Positions 1-14,860 are shown, counted from the first letter of the stretch. The stretch: DNA of 64,000 nt from Lama guanicoe (GCA_013239625.1 MU056146.1:6123977-6187976); one strand, 5' to 3'. Numbers and translations: made by a program. Notes: generated from the letters alone by a model not told the origin.

Positions 1-36
1 TAGTTCCCTGTGCTATACAGTATGAACTTGTTTATC

Positions 37-200
37 AGATTTTGTGAGAATCCTACTGTATTTTGAAGCGAGAGACACTCTGCCAGAGTTCAGTAGGTGT
101 GCTGTGCGATTCAGTGGGTTTGTAGATGTAACTCTTGGTGTATTTGTGGGAAAGGGCGAGCTGTGAGTCTCTCTACTCTGCCATCTTGGCACCTACCCCC
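37..200 (-). mobile_element. L1 5' end fragment
   Basis: CAAGATGGC (YY1-type L1 start motif) at 188-180, followed by laurasiatherian-type L1 5' UTR sequence. Confidence 0.6.
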
Positions 201-579
201 CAAGAATTTTTTTTTTTAAAGAAAAACCTTGCAAGATGAAGGTCATAATATCATCAGTCCAAGTTTTTGAAGGTAGGAGTTAAATATCACCTGGATTAAC
301 AGGATTCTCTGGAATCTTGGGGGTACTGTAGGGGCGATGGTGGGGTGGGGCTGGGATCCAGAAGGAATTAAATTTTCCAAATTCTTCAACATGGTGTATG
401 GAGAGATTCTGTCCCAGGAGGTCATAGTNNNNNNNNNNNNNNNNNNNNNNNNNNNNNNNNNNNNNNNNNNNNNNNNNNNNNNNNNNNNNNNNNNNNNNNN
501 NNNNNNNNNNNNNNNNNNNNNNNNNNNNNNNNNNNNNNNNNNNNNNNNNNNNNNNNNNNNNNNNNNNNNNNNNNNNTGA

Positions 580-1190
580 ATAGAACCTCCAGATCCATTA
601 GCAGTCCCCCTCCTCCCACAGTCCTAGGTGACCACTACTCACCTTCCATTTCTAGCAATTTGTCTAATCTGGACATTTCTTACAGTTGGAATCACACAAT
701 ATGTCCTTTGTNNNNNNNNNNNNNNNNNNNNNNNNNNNNNNNNNNNNNNNNNNNNNNNNNNNNNNNNNNNNNNNNNNNNNNNNNNNNNNNNNNNNNNNNN
801 NNNNNNNNNNNNNNNNNNNNNNNNNNNNNNNNNNNNNNNNNNNNNNNNNNNNNNNNNNNNTGGATTCNNNNNNNNNNNNNNNNNNNNNNNNNNNNNNNNN
901 NNNNNNNNNNNNNNNNNNNNNNNNNNNNNNNNNNNNNNNNNNNNNNNNNNNNNNNNNNNNNNNNNNNNNNNNNNNNNNNNNNNNNNNNNNNNNNNNNNNN
1001 NNNNGTGGAATCACTTGGTCATGTAGTAACTCTATATATAATCATTTGAGGAAATGCCAAACTTTTCCAAAACAGCTGCACCACTTTCCATTCCTATCAG
1101 CAGTGTATCAATTTCTCCACATTCTCACGAAAACTTATTATGTCTTTTCGATTAGAGTCATCCTGGTGGATGTGAAGTGATGCTACTTAT
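580..1190 (-). mobile_element. Old L1 3' region fragment interrupted by Ns
   Basis: Typical antisense L1 phrases (ggaatcacacaatatgtcctttg; tttgaggaaatgccaaacttttcca). Confidence 0.7.
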
Positions 1191-3734
1191 TTTTAATATT
1201 TTAACATATCTTTACATATGTTTTATGTATTTACATACAAATATTAACATGTTTACTATATTTTAGTATTAGTGGAAGCACTTGAAGTATTTCTTCAACC
1301 TATTTTCTTTAGAGTTCCCCAAACTGTACTGAGAGTGTGTCATTGATGTTAGCAGAGTTACTGATGGGTTATGTCTTTACTGGGGTGGGGGTTCAGGGAG
1401 GTGGAAGCTGTGGGGAGAAGAGGTCATGGGGATGGAGAAGGCAGTGTCCCAGATTTACAGATGAAGGATAAAGAATGGACAGATTGTTATACTTTGAACA
1501 AAACATCTATTTTAGGATCATCTATGAAATGTTGATTCCCTGTGAATAGCCTGAGCTTTCTGAGTTGTTTTCCATCCACAAATGCCTCCGGTTCCTTAGC
1601 TGTCAAAGTCTTCACATTCTCTCCCTCCATCAAAATCTACTCTCAGGAAGGAGTCTGATAACTCACGATGAAGTAAATGCCAAACAAGCCTTAAAGTGTT
1701 ATTTTTTTCTTAGACTATCTGCATATTAACAGAAGGTAGGGGGGAGCCACTTATTTAAACAAAACAAAGTCTAGTTATGAAACTGAGAGACGAGAAGAAA
1801 TTGTTAGATGCATGAGTCTCTTCCCAGTATTTAGGAACTTCGATCACATGGGCCACACCGTACCACGACAGTGGGTGAAGCAGCCGAGGTGCCCCTGAGT
1901 TGTGGTTCCTCTTTCATCCACACAACATGGCCTGGTTTACCAGCCACTGAACCAAAAGTTATGGGAAATAGGGATGTGAGCAGAGCTGGGGAAAACAAGG
2001 ATGCGTGACCCAAACCTGGTACTCTCAGGTGGACCAGCAAAGAGAGAAAACAGGGGGTCCCCATCTTAGGGGACACTGAACAGTTTAAGCTCTGTCATCA
2101 CCCAAGGGGCACACCACTGTTTTACTGAAGTTAAGAATAAAACCAACCAAAAAACCATTTCTGATATTAAAAATTGTATCACTTTTTGGGGAGGTAAGAA
2201 ATAAAAGCCATCAAATAATTCTTCACCTCCATTATGTTGAGAGACCAGCAAACATAATTAAAGACTGTATTTGTCATTCTCAAATACAGTTGACCTTCTT
2301 AGGCACCAAGAAACTACAAAGAGTTTCGCATGACAGTGATACAAGGAATTGTAAACATTATCCACCTAGATCAGCAGTAGATGCTGGAAGCTTTTCATTA
2401 TCTGGAATGTCACTGCTTCAAAAAGTTAGAAAAATGTATTTTGGAAAAATTTCCAATTAATTAATATGAAATCCCTGGGACATACATCAAAATAAAAGGG
2501 ACACAGAGATCCTTGTAATTTCCAGTGCACTCTCTTTACTGCTCTTATTTTTTAATTTAAAAAAAAACCTCATTAGTAGTTGCTTTCAGAAATGATCTCA
2601 AATTGCCAGACATAAAAATGGTTATGCCTTATGCAGTATTGATTTCTGTGCCAATAATAGTACAATGTATTTATCATCTGATAGAAGAAATACAGACACA
2701 AATGTCCCATTTATTCACTTCATGTTTAATTACACAAACCCCAGAATTTGTCTAATGACATGCATTTATCTAATCACCTGCTTTAGTGAATTACTACAAA
2801 TTTAAAATAATATAGATAATGGAGTCTTGGGAATTTACTGTGAATAAACATATACTTTTGATGTCTGATTTGCTCATAAGCAATTAGTCAATTATATTTT
2901 CACTGTTCTCATGGGAATGTAGATAGATGTGGGGTTTTTTTTCAATCATTCATTTTCCTGAGTCTTTGTAATTGGGAGGCATCTTGAGCTCTGGGAAATT
3001 TTCTGTCAGGTCTTATATAATTTCCTTGGTTCTTCTTTTCTCAAAACCTGTTTCTCTCTCTTTTCTTTTATGTCACATTGTCTCAGCATTATAGAAGATT
3101 CAAACATTTTTTCATGTCTTGAATTTTAATTTCGTGAAAAACATTTTTAATTTCTAAGAGCTCTTTCTTAATTTAAGATGGAATATCTCCTTGAATCTCT
3201 CTGAGGATCCAAATTGAAATTTTGGAACAGAAAATCCCCTTCTTGACCCTAAGTCATCTCAGCTCTCCTCCGGGTCTTGTTCATTCATCCAGGGCCCGTC
3301 TCTTTTAAGTTGCTGGATTTCTCCTATGTTTGGTGAGCCTTCTTTATTTGTCCCTTTAAAGCATGAAGGAATGTGTAGAATTTTCTAGGCAGCTGGCATG
3401 GTTTCCCCTGTGGTTGGGCAGGTAGACCAGTTGGCCCTTCCTCTGAACGGCGAGGCTGGTGGTGGCAGTTCTGGTGTGTTGGGAGCACTGGTGCCCTGCA
3501 GCTCACCCTGATTCAGGAGCCAACTGTAAACATCTTTCCCCGATGCCATCTTCAGACCACACGTGGGTGACTTGGTATCAGCCATGGTGGGAGTATTTAC
3601 ACCAAGGAAACACCTGGCAAATGTTACTGGACAAGGCTGTGTTCCCGACCGAGAGTCAATTGTTAATATTTGCCAACACATCACTGGTGAAGGGGGTGAC
3701 AGGCAGGTTTCACTTAAGGGGTGTGTGGGTGGAG

Positions 3735-4510
3735 TTTTAACTTGCATTTTTCTAATGACTAGTAATATTGAGCATGTACTTAATAGCCATTTGTATATCT
3801 CTTTTGAGGAAATGTCTATTCAAATCTTTTGCCCATTTAAAAGTTGAGTGTTGGTCTTGTTATTACTGTTGTAAGAGTTCTTCATATATTCTGAATATAA
3901 GTCCTTTATTAGAAATACGACCTGCAGTTATTTCTCCCAAGTCCATTGTTTGTCTTTTAATTCTCTTAATGGTATCTTTTGAAATGTAAAAGTTTTGAGT
4001 TTTGATGAAGTCAGTTTATCAGATTTTTTTTTTTTTACAGATTGTGCTTCTGTTGTCATAGCTATCCTGAGCTATTCAGACATATTCTTATCCTTTTCCT
4101 TTTTCAAGATCACCAAAACTTGCTATTATTTTTTCTTCTATAAGTTTTGTACAGTTCTTCCATGAAGGTCAAATAATCCATTTTGAGTTAATTTTAGCAT
4201 CTGGTGTGAGGTAAAGGTCAAAGTTTATTTTCTGCATATGGATATCCAATTGTCCCAACCGTTGAAAAGATCCTTCTTGTCCCCACTGAATTGCTGTGGA
4301 AACTGTCCAAAGTCAATTGATCATAAATATAAGGGGTTATTTCTGAACTTTCTCTTCTGTTCCATTGACCTCTATCTCTGTTCTTAAGCTAATACCACAC
4401 TCCCTTGATTACATAGTAGCTTTGCAGTAAGTTTTGAAATCTGGTAGTGTAAATCGTCCAATTATGTGCTTCATTTTCAAGATTGTTTTGACTATCCTAA
4501 GCCTTCTGTA
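3735..4510 (-). mobile_element. Degenerate L1 ORF2 fragment
   Basis: ORF 4409..4606 contains RIVKTILKMKHIIGRFTLPDFKTYCKATM, homologous to L1 ORF2 [29 protein letters not shown]. Confidence 0.85.
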
Positions 4511-5349
4511 TATACATATAAATTTTAGATCATCTACAAGAGGAAAGGGGCAGTGGGGGGAATGGAGGAGGAATCTAATTGGCAAGCATAGCATTCTAAA
4601 CACCAATAACGTAATTTTTACATATCAGATTATCTTAAGATCACAGGTTTTTCTGTTTCTTTTATGTTTTCAGTTTCTAACGCTGTAAAATCTCTTATTC
4701 ATATTAAATTCAAGAATCTATAAAGACCTTCTCTACTCAGTATTGTTCTCTAATCTCTGATCAGACTATATTGTGTAAATTTATTTCTTGAGAAAAAGAA
4801 AACACAGGGTGAACAGCACAAACTTAACAAGAGTACAGAGCGCTCCCCGTTGCAGGGTGAATCAGCTTCCCTGAGGCACAAATCCATGTACCAGGCAGGG
4901 AGAAAACCGCGTGCACCGAAGAGAGCAAGTTTAGCAGAAGCAAGGTTGTAAATGAGTAACACGATAGCGTTATTTTGCTCCAAGGTTCACTATACACATT
5001 TCTTTCTAATGATCATGGAAGTCCCACAGTCTCAAAATTATCTCCAATATACATTTATAAAAACGTGTTCTTAATAAAAACTATGTCCTTCCAAAATACC
5101 AATGTGCTCCAGTGACTGATTCAAAGCTTTTCTTTGTGATGACAAGCTATCAAGAACAGCACGACTACTTAAACCCACATTTTGACTTCCATGTTCTGCT
5201 ACGTGGACTTTGGGGACAGAAGGAGAGGAGACAAGACTTGTTCGTTGGGTTTTTCAATCTTCTTCCTTTAACTCTTCTATATATGTGGCTCTATGTATGC
5301 AAGGTTTGGTTTTGGTTTTGGGGGGTGTGTGTGTGTGTTTGAAGGAGTA

Positions 5350-5750
5350 AGTTAATTACCACAGATTTGGTGGTTTAAACAACAGCAATCGTTCTCCCAC
5401 AGATATGGAGACCAGGGGTCTGAAATCAAAGTGCAGCAGGGTCTGCACTCCTGGGGCTTCAAGGGAGAAACCTTTCGTTCCTCTTCTAACTCTGGTGGCC
5501 TCCCGTGTTCCCTGGCTTGTGGCTGCATCACTCCGATCTCTGCCTCTGTCTTCACATTGCCTTCTCTTCTCTGTTTCCTCAAATCTCCCTTTGCCTCCCT
5601 TTTACAAGGATAAGTGTGACTATATTTAGGACTTACCTCAGGAAACCAGGCCCATCTTAACTTACATCCACAAAGAGCCTGTTTCTGTATAACTAACATC
5701 CTCAAGCTCCAGGGATTAGGACCTAATTTAGGGAGGCCATTACTCAACCT
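5350..5750. mobile_element. MaLR solo LTR (MLT1 family)
   Basis: Recognisable MLT1 phrases (taccacagatttggtggtttaaacaacag; cttgtggctgcatcactccgatctctgcctctgtcttcaca). Confidence 0.8.
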
Positions 5751-6137
5751 ACCTCACCTACTGATGTATTTTTTTCCTTCTGCTGGTCAGCCTCCAAGAC
5801 CTTTGCCTCTCCTGGGCAAGGTCATTGGTAGAACATACAGCAACTGAGATGTCACCTCATTGAAACATGTCTGGGGTTGCCACACTTGGGATGGTGGACT
5901 TGGTCTCAAAGTCAGTCACTGACAAGGAAAAACCATCCTAGGTGCACTGTTGTCTGACTGTGGAATTGAGCAGAACTGATGAGAACTGGGGTCTGGTATT
6001 TCTTTGAAGTTGGAAATGTTACTGAAATTTCCAAATCTCCAAATATTTACAGTGTAAAGTGTAAATGTACTGGTAAACTGGACAGTCCTTTGTCAAAAGC
6101 TCATTGTTTACACATTTGTGTGTGTGTGTATTTCATT

Positions 6138-7159
6138 CAGGGCCAGCTACAGCTACATATTTTGTGGAATTGGACTTGGCACAAAGTGAAAATGCAGGAC
6201 CCTTTGTTCAAAAAGCAGGACAAAAGGTACTGAAACATTCAGCATTTTTTCCCTCTAGATATGTCATACTATTTGCTATTTAACACCATTTTAAATAAAG
6301 AAAAAATTACTAGCATGAATTTTACCGTCCATTTTTATATTATGTGATACCAGTTTAAAATGCAAATATAGATGCATTTAATTCACATGTAAAATCCTCA
6401 AAATTACATAATTCATATTTCAAATTTCATATATGCTTATGTTTTATGTTCTGGTGTTTCTACCAGACCAGCAGAAACACTGCATGAAACTAACTCAATT
6501 GTTTCTTTTTCATTTCTGGCCACCTCCTCATTCTACCAACACTCCACCTTTGGTGTCCTGATGAGTAAGGAGGTCAGAAAGGAAAAGGAACTATGTGTTT
6601 CCCTATCTTTCTTCTTCTTCCCATGTCATTGTTTTCCATATAAATTATTGCCTAACACACGGGATTAACACAAGCATAAGAAAGGGTGTGACAGAGTCCC
6701 TTGGTTGTGTTTCTCAGAATGCACTGCCTTCTTTCTGCACGGGGAACAAGTTCTGGTTGGAATAGGAAGTGTGGCCTCTGCGGCTGCCAGCGCCTGCCCT
6801 GCTTCCTTTCACAGACACGGCTCCTTACCTTGTACCCACTCTGGGTCTCTCTGAACTCCCACGCATCACGGGTCCAAGGGTCACAGGTGTTCATGGGCCA
6901 CTGTCAACACAATAGGCCCACGGGCATATACATGTCAGCAAGGCATGGAGGCGGGCGATGAGGGTGGGTACATCTCCACTGCTTATGCTCATGCTCCCAA
7001 TGTCCCATTGGACCTCACTTACGAAACACAAATGCAAAGATAAAATCACTGAGAATTTCTAGACAGCAGCGACAACAGAGCGTAAAACAAAGTACAGGGC
7101 CCTTCTAAGCTTTGGCCTTGGGTGACTGCACAGGTTACATGCCCGTAAAGCCAGCTCTG
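6138..7159 (-). mobile_element. hAT-Tip100 non-autonomous element (MER45B-like), near full length
   Basis: Terminal inverted repeats cagggccagct / agccagctctg; degenerate 8-bp flanks atttcatt / gttttatt. Confidence 0.75.
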
Positions 7160-9589
7160 GTTTTATTTGCTCTCATGAAGTATAAAAGGTGTTTCAGGGT
7201 CAATGGTTCAGTTCAAGTTCTTTATAGTCTCCCAGTCCCAATCTTTCCTAACATCACTGCTAGAAACACACTGGAAATCTCCCAAGCTCTGAAGTCAGAC
7301 AGACCAGATTTGGGATCTCAGTTTTGTTGCTTATTTTGTGTGTAAGTGGGCAGGTTACTCCCGTGTTAGCAAAATCAAGAGGACATTTCTGTTTTAGAGA
7401 GCTTTTCGCCTCTCTGAATGTAGAAACAATACCTTTTCACTATGAAGTGTATTGCAGAATTCTGGAAAAGTACATAGGGAAAAAAATCTAGAGATAACTG
7501 GTGTTCATATTTTACTGTACTTCTTTACAGACTTTTTTTTACACACATAAATTAATGAACTTAGCAACACTGGATCATATCATACACATTGTTTTATAAC
7601 CTCTTCACTCAACCTTATGTCATGGACATTTTTCCATGTCACCACATAGTCTTAAAGTGAATTTTTAATGGCTGCAAGTATTTGACTGTAAAGTTACCAT
7701 GGTTAATTTATTTTCTTTTATTTGGGCCTTTAGGTTGGCTTCTTGTTTGGGGCTATTTTAACAACACTGCAGTAAACACTCTAGTACAGGTATATTTGTG
7801 TCTCGCCAATGAGTTCTCTAGTATAAATTCCTAGAAATTGGAATTTCTTGGTTAAAGGCTATGGAAACAGTTTTAGGCCCTCTTTATACACGTGGCTGAA
7901 TCGCCTTCCAGAAATACTTTTCCCAGCAGTGTATGAAAGTTAAGATGTACTGAACATGAAAAAAAAAATCTCATCAATGCAAGGAGAATATGTAATGTCA
8001 CCACCATCTTAGAGAATCTGTTTCCAAGACTGCCATGGGCACCTACGGATGGCACCTGCCTGTACAGCACGTTATATAGGTAAGTGGCCAATAGCCACAG
8101 GGCACAGCGGATGCCCACTCCCTGGGTGAGAAGCCCTCTGCAGCCAGGTACGACTCTGCTGCCTGCTGCCTGCTTCTTCTCATCCCTCTCATCCTGACAC
8201 CTGATCCTGCACCAACCCGCCACTTCCATTTCCACCGAAGATGCAGCCCACACCGTATTCTATAACAAAGCACACAGCTGCGGCTGTGTGTGTCCTCAGA
8301 GTTGGCTCTGATGCTGGTAACCCCAGGACAGCTGGTAACTAGGCACTGTTTGCTGTAGCGATGTGTCTGTCAGGCTGAGGGAGGGAGGCCGCAGGTGGGA
8401 GGACTTGAGGAGGGATCCAGGCATACCTTTCAGCCCCAGGAAGATGTTTTTAAGTAAGAGGGAGAAGGCAGACAGACTGCACATTTGGCTGGACAGGGAG
8501 CACAGAAGCAAGGCCTCGTCACCTGATCTCTCTAACCCTCAGTTTCATCTCTCTCTATAAACAGGAACATTGATCTGTCCGGGCTGTTGTGGAGGCGGGG
8601 TGGAGGGTAGGGGGTCCCACATGTGGTGTCTAACTAAGGCTACGTAGGTTTTTAACTATTATTTTTCATTGAGTGACTCCGGAATATCCAAAACCCAAGT
8701 GTAGAATTGAAACTGAGTCGAGCACCAGTTCTTGGAGGGACTAAACCTCTCCCTGTCGCCCCCTCCTCCCCGATTTCACCAAATCTTTGTTCCCAGCTAC
8801 TGCAAGAAGCTGCATGGATCACTAAGAAAGAAAACAACTATGATGAAAGGATGACAGAAGGCCTTCTTATCACTGGCTCCAGGAGGCATCTGATTTCAGA
8901 GATGTTTAAATGGGAAAATGTGTGTCTTAGAGTCAGTGAGTGATGACTCACTGTGTTTCACTAGATAATTCTAGTGAAACTTTTGGACTTAACTGGGGTC
9001 GGGAGCACAGGAAGGAGATGGGGGCAGACATGGGGAAGGGGGTGGATAGAGGCAGGTGAGAAGCCCCTGAGCTACAGCCCGGACAAGAGGAGAGACTGGG
9101 CAGTGTGTAATGCATCACACGTGCCCTGCACACCTGGATGTCCTGAGCACGAACTGCGTGTCCACAAGCTCCGTTTCCCATGACACACCCTGAGAGGGCT
9201 GTGGGCTCAGAGACGGAAGCGCAAGGCTTCCGAATATTTTGTCTTAAACCTTCTGACTCTTAAGTTGCCTGTTAACATCTCTAACCTTCGGAAACTTCTT
9301 TTCTGTCTTTTTCAGGGGGACCTGAGAAAACAAAGATTTTTACTCCCAGTGCATAAAAAATTACACTAAGGAGGATTAATTCTTTTGCTCAGAATATTTA
9401 CTGAGCATCTATTATATGAGTCATATTAAAAATGAGAAGCCCTTCCTCTGGTATAACTTGCAGTCTTGTGGGACAGGCTGTGTACACTAACGGGTGACTT
9501 TTGTGTGTTCAGGTGACACGCGAAGAAGAGGAAGCAGTAGGAGGAGCCACACATGTCATATGGGGTCTTAAGAACCTGAGCCAGAAACC

Positions 9590-9760
9590 ACGTTCATCAC
9601 TCACTGACTTTGGCATCTTGGACACCCAGCTTGTGGGGGTCTCTGCGTCTCAGTTCCCTCATGTGTAAAATGGGGCTTCAAATAGTACTCAGGTCTTAGC
9701 ATTAATGTAAGAACTCAATGAGTTAATAAATGCCCACCTGTTATGAGCACTTATTAAATG
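9590..9760 (+). mobile_element. MIR SINE fragment
   Basis: Core tctgcgtctcagttccctcatgtgtaaaatgggg. Confidence 0.7.
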
Positions 9761-10269
9761 TTCATTATTTTAATATTTAGAAGCCATTTTCTAAAATTTC
9801 TTTTTAAACATTAGAATTCAAAATAGTATAAAAGAGAGTACAAAGTCTTCCATCCCATCCCCAGCTACCTGCTTCTCTTCAGAACAGCCAAAGTGTCTTC
9901 CAGAGATAATTTAGGTTCATATATAGGTATACATTATGTATATGTATTTATACATATAGAAATGGGAGCAGACTATATACACCATTCTGCACCTTGGTTT
10001 TTTAAGCTTAAAAGTTTATCTTAGATAGCTTTCCAAATCAGAAATAAGAAACAAAGGTTTCCTATTCATTTTTTTGATGGTGTTGAATTTTTTCATTGTA
10101 TAGATGTATCATAAACTGCCTTATAATCTCCTTTAAAAAAGCACCTTTTAAAAAATAATAAAACACTATTTTAAACTTGAAGAATGTGTATTCTTATATT
10201 CTTTAAAATTTTAATATTCAAAAAGAAATTCTGGATATTCTGATTACTTATGTGGCAATAAATTTTTAA

Positions 10270-11330
10270 AAATATATGAGATGGACAATTCCAGAAAAAT
10301 AGAAATGACATATGGGACTCAAGATAAAAACTAGGATTCAGATTTGCAACAATATAGTGTCTAAAATGTCCAATTTCCAACAAAAAAGTTTGAGACAGGT
10401 GAAGTAACAGGAAAGTCTCACCCCTATCCTCCAGAGAACACAATCAATAAAAACTGACTCTAAACGGGCCCAGAAACTGGATTTCATAGAAAAAATTCTC
10501 TGCAGCTTTTCTAATTGTGTCCAAAGGATTAAGGAAACCATCTTTAGAGAACTAAAGGAAAATACGTTGATACTGACCTAACAAACAGGAAAATAACAAC
10601 AAAGAAATTGAAACTGTAACAAGGAACTAAGCGGAAATTCTGTGATTGAAAAGAACAATAGCCAAAATGAAAAATTCACTAGGTGGATTCAACAGCAGGT
10701 TTGAGATGGCTGTAACTAGCAAAATTATTCTTCAAAAATAAAAGCATAAAAAAATCTCCAGGTAAACAAAGACTGAGGTAGTTCATTGCTATCAAATCTG
10801 CCTTATGAGAAACACTAAACAAAGTCCTTCAGGCTAAAAGGAAATGACACCAGATACTAACTTGAAAAAATTACGAGTGCTGGAAATAGTACATTTAAGG
10901 GTAAATATAAAACACTATATAAGTAGATTTCTTTAATTTTCTACTTTTAATTTCTTTAAAAATGCAATATTATGTAAATCGGTAACTATAACATTATATT
11001 GTTGGGTTTATAACATATACAGATGTAATATATATGACAATTATATAGTGTCAATATACATTTCTAATAATGTATTGCAAAAATAGGGGAGGAAATAGAA
11101 CTATATTTGAGCAAAGTTGCTATATTTTACTGGTATCACATCAGTATTCATCTGAAGCAGATTGTGCTTATTGGAATTCCTAGAGCAAACTCGTAGAAAA
11201 TAACTTAAAATATGTAGTCAAAAATCAACAGAGGAATTACAGTGGTATGCTATAAAATATTTGTTTAACACAAAAGAAAGCAGTAAGGGAGGGAAAGAGG
11301 AGCAAATAAGGACATGAGATATATGAAAAA
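10270..11330 (+). mobile_element. Old L1 ORF1/inter-ORF fragment
   Basis: A-rich L1 ORF1-like phrases (gaaattctgtgattgaaaag...aaaattcactaggtggattcaacagcag; aaagtccttcaggct). Confidence 0.7.
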
Positions 11331-12739
11331 TGAGGTATGTGTAGTGAAACATTGCTCTGTTTTCACTCTCCCAGGGCTGGGGAGGATCTGGTAAAAGCTA
11401 CTGACTTTCCAGGGGGCTCTGGAATCACCCAGGTCTGTGTGTTCAAACTCCAGCTCAGCCACTTACCGGCAATATGACTTTGGGCGGATGACTTGTGCTC
11501 CAGCAGGGCTTCCCATTGGATTTTGCAGACTTATCTGTATAGTGTCCATTCCTGTGTTCTTCTGTCCTTTGCATTGCCTGTCAGTCGGTATTTGGATCTA
11601 GAGGCTTGATCAGATGTAGATTTGGAGTTTTGTTTTTCGCACAGCTGCCTGATAGGTTGCAGTGTATTCTTCCATCCCCAAGTCAGAGAATGTCTTGTGG
11701 GGCTGTTACGATACTCAATTCCATTCACTGATTAGAGGCTGCAAAATAGTGACATTCTGTCTTCATTGACTAACTGGAATAATTCTAATAAGGAAAACTT
11801 GCCCTCGTCCACCGTTTGGTTAGTCCTCAGCACAGTTCGTATAGGGAAAGCGGGCTGAATACTTAACTCCTTTCCTTTAATTACCAGTTTTCAAAACCAT
11901 AACTTAGTTTATGAGCATCCTCCTATGTGACCAATTCACTTTTTTCTTTTTAGTGCCATTATGAATGCATGGATGTACACATATTTGATGGCACGTTGCA
12001 GTAATCATTCCTCCTGATTGTCCCACCTTGGCCAGCGGGTGCCTCCTCAGGCTGATTATGAGTCCTGTTGTCATGACTCTCAAAGTCTTGGATAACTTCC
12101 TTGCTATTTCGTATTATGAGATGTTCCCGACTTGTCTATTTCCTGGCTCAGACATGGAATCAGACCATTCTCCCAGGATCCCTGACACTTTTTGGTTAGA
12201 AATTTGCAAACAACAGTCTGGACACTAAGGATGCTCACTGCTCTGGGTTGGTCACTGGTTTTAGTGGAAGAGTTAGGAAATACATGTCTATAAAGTACTT
12301 CCTACACCTTGAGCTCATAATGCTACTTCCAACTCATATCCAGGAGGGCAGATGTCCAGTCACCTTTCCTGTCTTCCATTTCCACCCCCTTTCCTCCACA
12401 CTGACAAGCCTGGCTTTCAGGACATTTGGACATTCAGGATAGAATTTGAATATCACTCATTACGGCAACATGCCACTTGTGGAATGATCACCTCCATGAC
12501 TGGCCAAGAGCATTTGGACCTGACCCCTGAGCAGTCTGCCCGCTCTCCATTGCCCTCCCGTGAACACTCACAAGCAGGAACCTACGGGCTGGTGCCCCAT
12601 TTTGGGAAGAGAAGCGTTGCCGGGATTCTACCTGTTACTGAGCTGATAAAGCGCCTGCCCAGTGCTCTGGCTTATCTCATTATTCTTCATTGCTTCACAG
12701 TGAGCCACGTAACAGGATGTTTTCAAGGCCCCTCCATGG

Positions 12740-14860
12740 TGTAGCCTGTGTCAACCCTCTGTTCCTTTTTTCACGACTGAATAATATCCCATTGTATGGA
12801 TATACTACATTTTCTTAACCCTTTATCAGGTGATGGACATTTTGGTTTCACTTTCTGGCTGTTGTGAATAATACTGCTATGAATATTTGTGTGCAAGTTT
12901 TTGTGTTTTCAACTCTCTGGCGACATGCATAGTGGTGGCCTTGCTGGAATCAATGTTGAATAGAAGGGACTGGAGCAGACAGCGTTAGCTTGTGTCTGAT
13001 CTTAGGAGAAAGGCGGCCTTTATCAGATTGATGAAGTCTCTTCCAATCCTAGTCTGTTGAGGGATTTTAACATGAAAAGGTGTTGGATGTCATCAAATGC
13101 TTTTTTTCTATGTCTGTTGAAATAATGTGGTTTTGTCCTTTATTCTATTAATATGGTGTCTTACATTGATTTTTGTATGTTAAACCTTGTGTTTCTGGGA
13201 TAAATCCCACTTAGTCATGCACATAATCCTTTTTATTTGCTGCTAGATTCAGTTTGTTAGTATTTGTTAGGAAATTGCTTCTATATTTATAAGGGATATT
13301 GCCCATTTCTTGTAATGTCTTTATCTGGTTATTAGGGAAAAACTGGCCTCATGGAATGAGATGGAAAGTGTTTCCTCCTCTTCTATTTTTTTCGAAGACT
13401 TTGTAAAGATTTGGCATTAATTCCTCTTTAAATGTTTGGTAGAATTCACCCATGAGGTCATCGGGGCCTGGGCTTTTCTTTGGGGGAAGTTTTTGATTAC
13501 TAATTTAATCTCTTTATTTGTTATGAGTCTATTCAGACTTTCTATTTTTTCTTGAATCAGTTCAGTAGTTTGTATCTTTCTAGAAATTTGTCTTTTTCAT
13601 TTAGATTATCAATTATCAATTTAGGTTGCTGATGAGTTGGCATATAACTGTCTGTATTGTTTTCTTATAATTCTGTTAATTTGATTTTCTCTTTCTCCCC
13701 ACCACCTACCCTCTGTCAGTCTAGAGAAAGATTTGTAACTTTTGTTGCTCTTTTCAAAGAACCAAATTTTGGTTTCTTGATTTTTCTCTATTGTTTTCCT
13801 GTTCTTTATTTCATTTTTTCCCCTCTAGTCTTTATTATTTCCCTTCTTCTCCTTGCTTTGGATTCAGTTTGCTCTTCTGTTTCTAGTTTCTTAACATAGA
13901 AGGTTAAAGTACAGTTTCCATGTCTTTCCTTTCCTTAATATAGAAATCCATAGCTAAGAATGCCTCTCTAGGAAATGATTTGGCTGCATCCCGTAAGTTT
14001 TAGTAGCTGTGTTTTCACATGTTCTTGAAAAGAATCGGTATTCTGTGTCTGTTAGGTGGAGTGTATCTAGATATCAATTAGTCCAGCTGCCTGATAGTTT
14101 TGTTCAAATCTTCTAGATCTTTACTTTCTTTCTTCTTCTATAAATGGCTGAGAGTGGAATATTAAAATCTTTGGTAATAATTGTTGAATTACCTATTTCT
14201 TACTCAATTTTGTTAGTTTTTCTTTCATATATTTTGGAACTCTGTGATTAGGTGTGTATACGTTTATAATTGTTACACATTCCTAATGTATTGATCTTTT
14301 TCATCCTCATGAAATATCCCTCTGTTTCTAGTAATGTTGCTCACTGTAAAATTTATTTTGTCTGATATATATACAGGCACTCCAGCTTTCTTATATTTTG
14401 TTTCCATTTTCCAAGGTATAATTTTTTTCATTCATTTCCTTTTACTCATTTGTGATTTTAATCTAAAATGTGTCTCTTGTAGACAACATACAGCAGGATC
14501 TTGCTTCTTTTATCCCATCTAACAATATATGCCCTTTTATTGGAGTATTTAGTCAATTCCCATTTGTGTTTATTGATGTGGCTGGATTGCCATCTGCCAT
14601 TTTGCTCTTTGTTTTCATACTGAATGTCCTTTTTTGTTCCTTTTTCCCTCCCTTTATCATCTGTTAATAGACACTTAAGTTGCTTCCATGTCTTGGCTAT
14701 TGTAAATATTGCTGCTCTGAACACTGGGGCACATGTATCTTTTCAAATTAGAATTTTCTCCAGATATATGCCCAGGAGTGAGATTGCTGGATCATAGGGT
14801 AACTTTACTTTTAGTTTTTTAAGGAACCTCCATACTATTCTCCACAGTGGCTACAACAGG
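12740..14860 (-). mobile_element. L1 ORF2 fragments (old copy plus younger 3' piece at ~14660-14860)
   Basis: T-rich antisense L1. ORF 14458..14724 begins MFRAAIFTIAKTWKQLKC, the L1 ORF2 C-terminal motif. Confidence 0.85.

Noticed and set aside
337-1180. Several ORFs of 65-164 aa
   Set aside because: Mostly X residues from N runs within L1 remnants.
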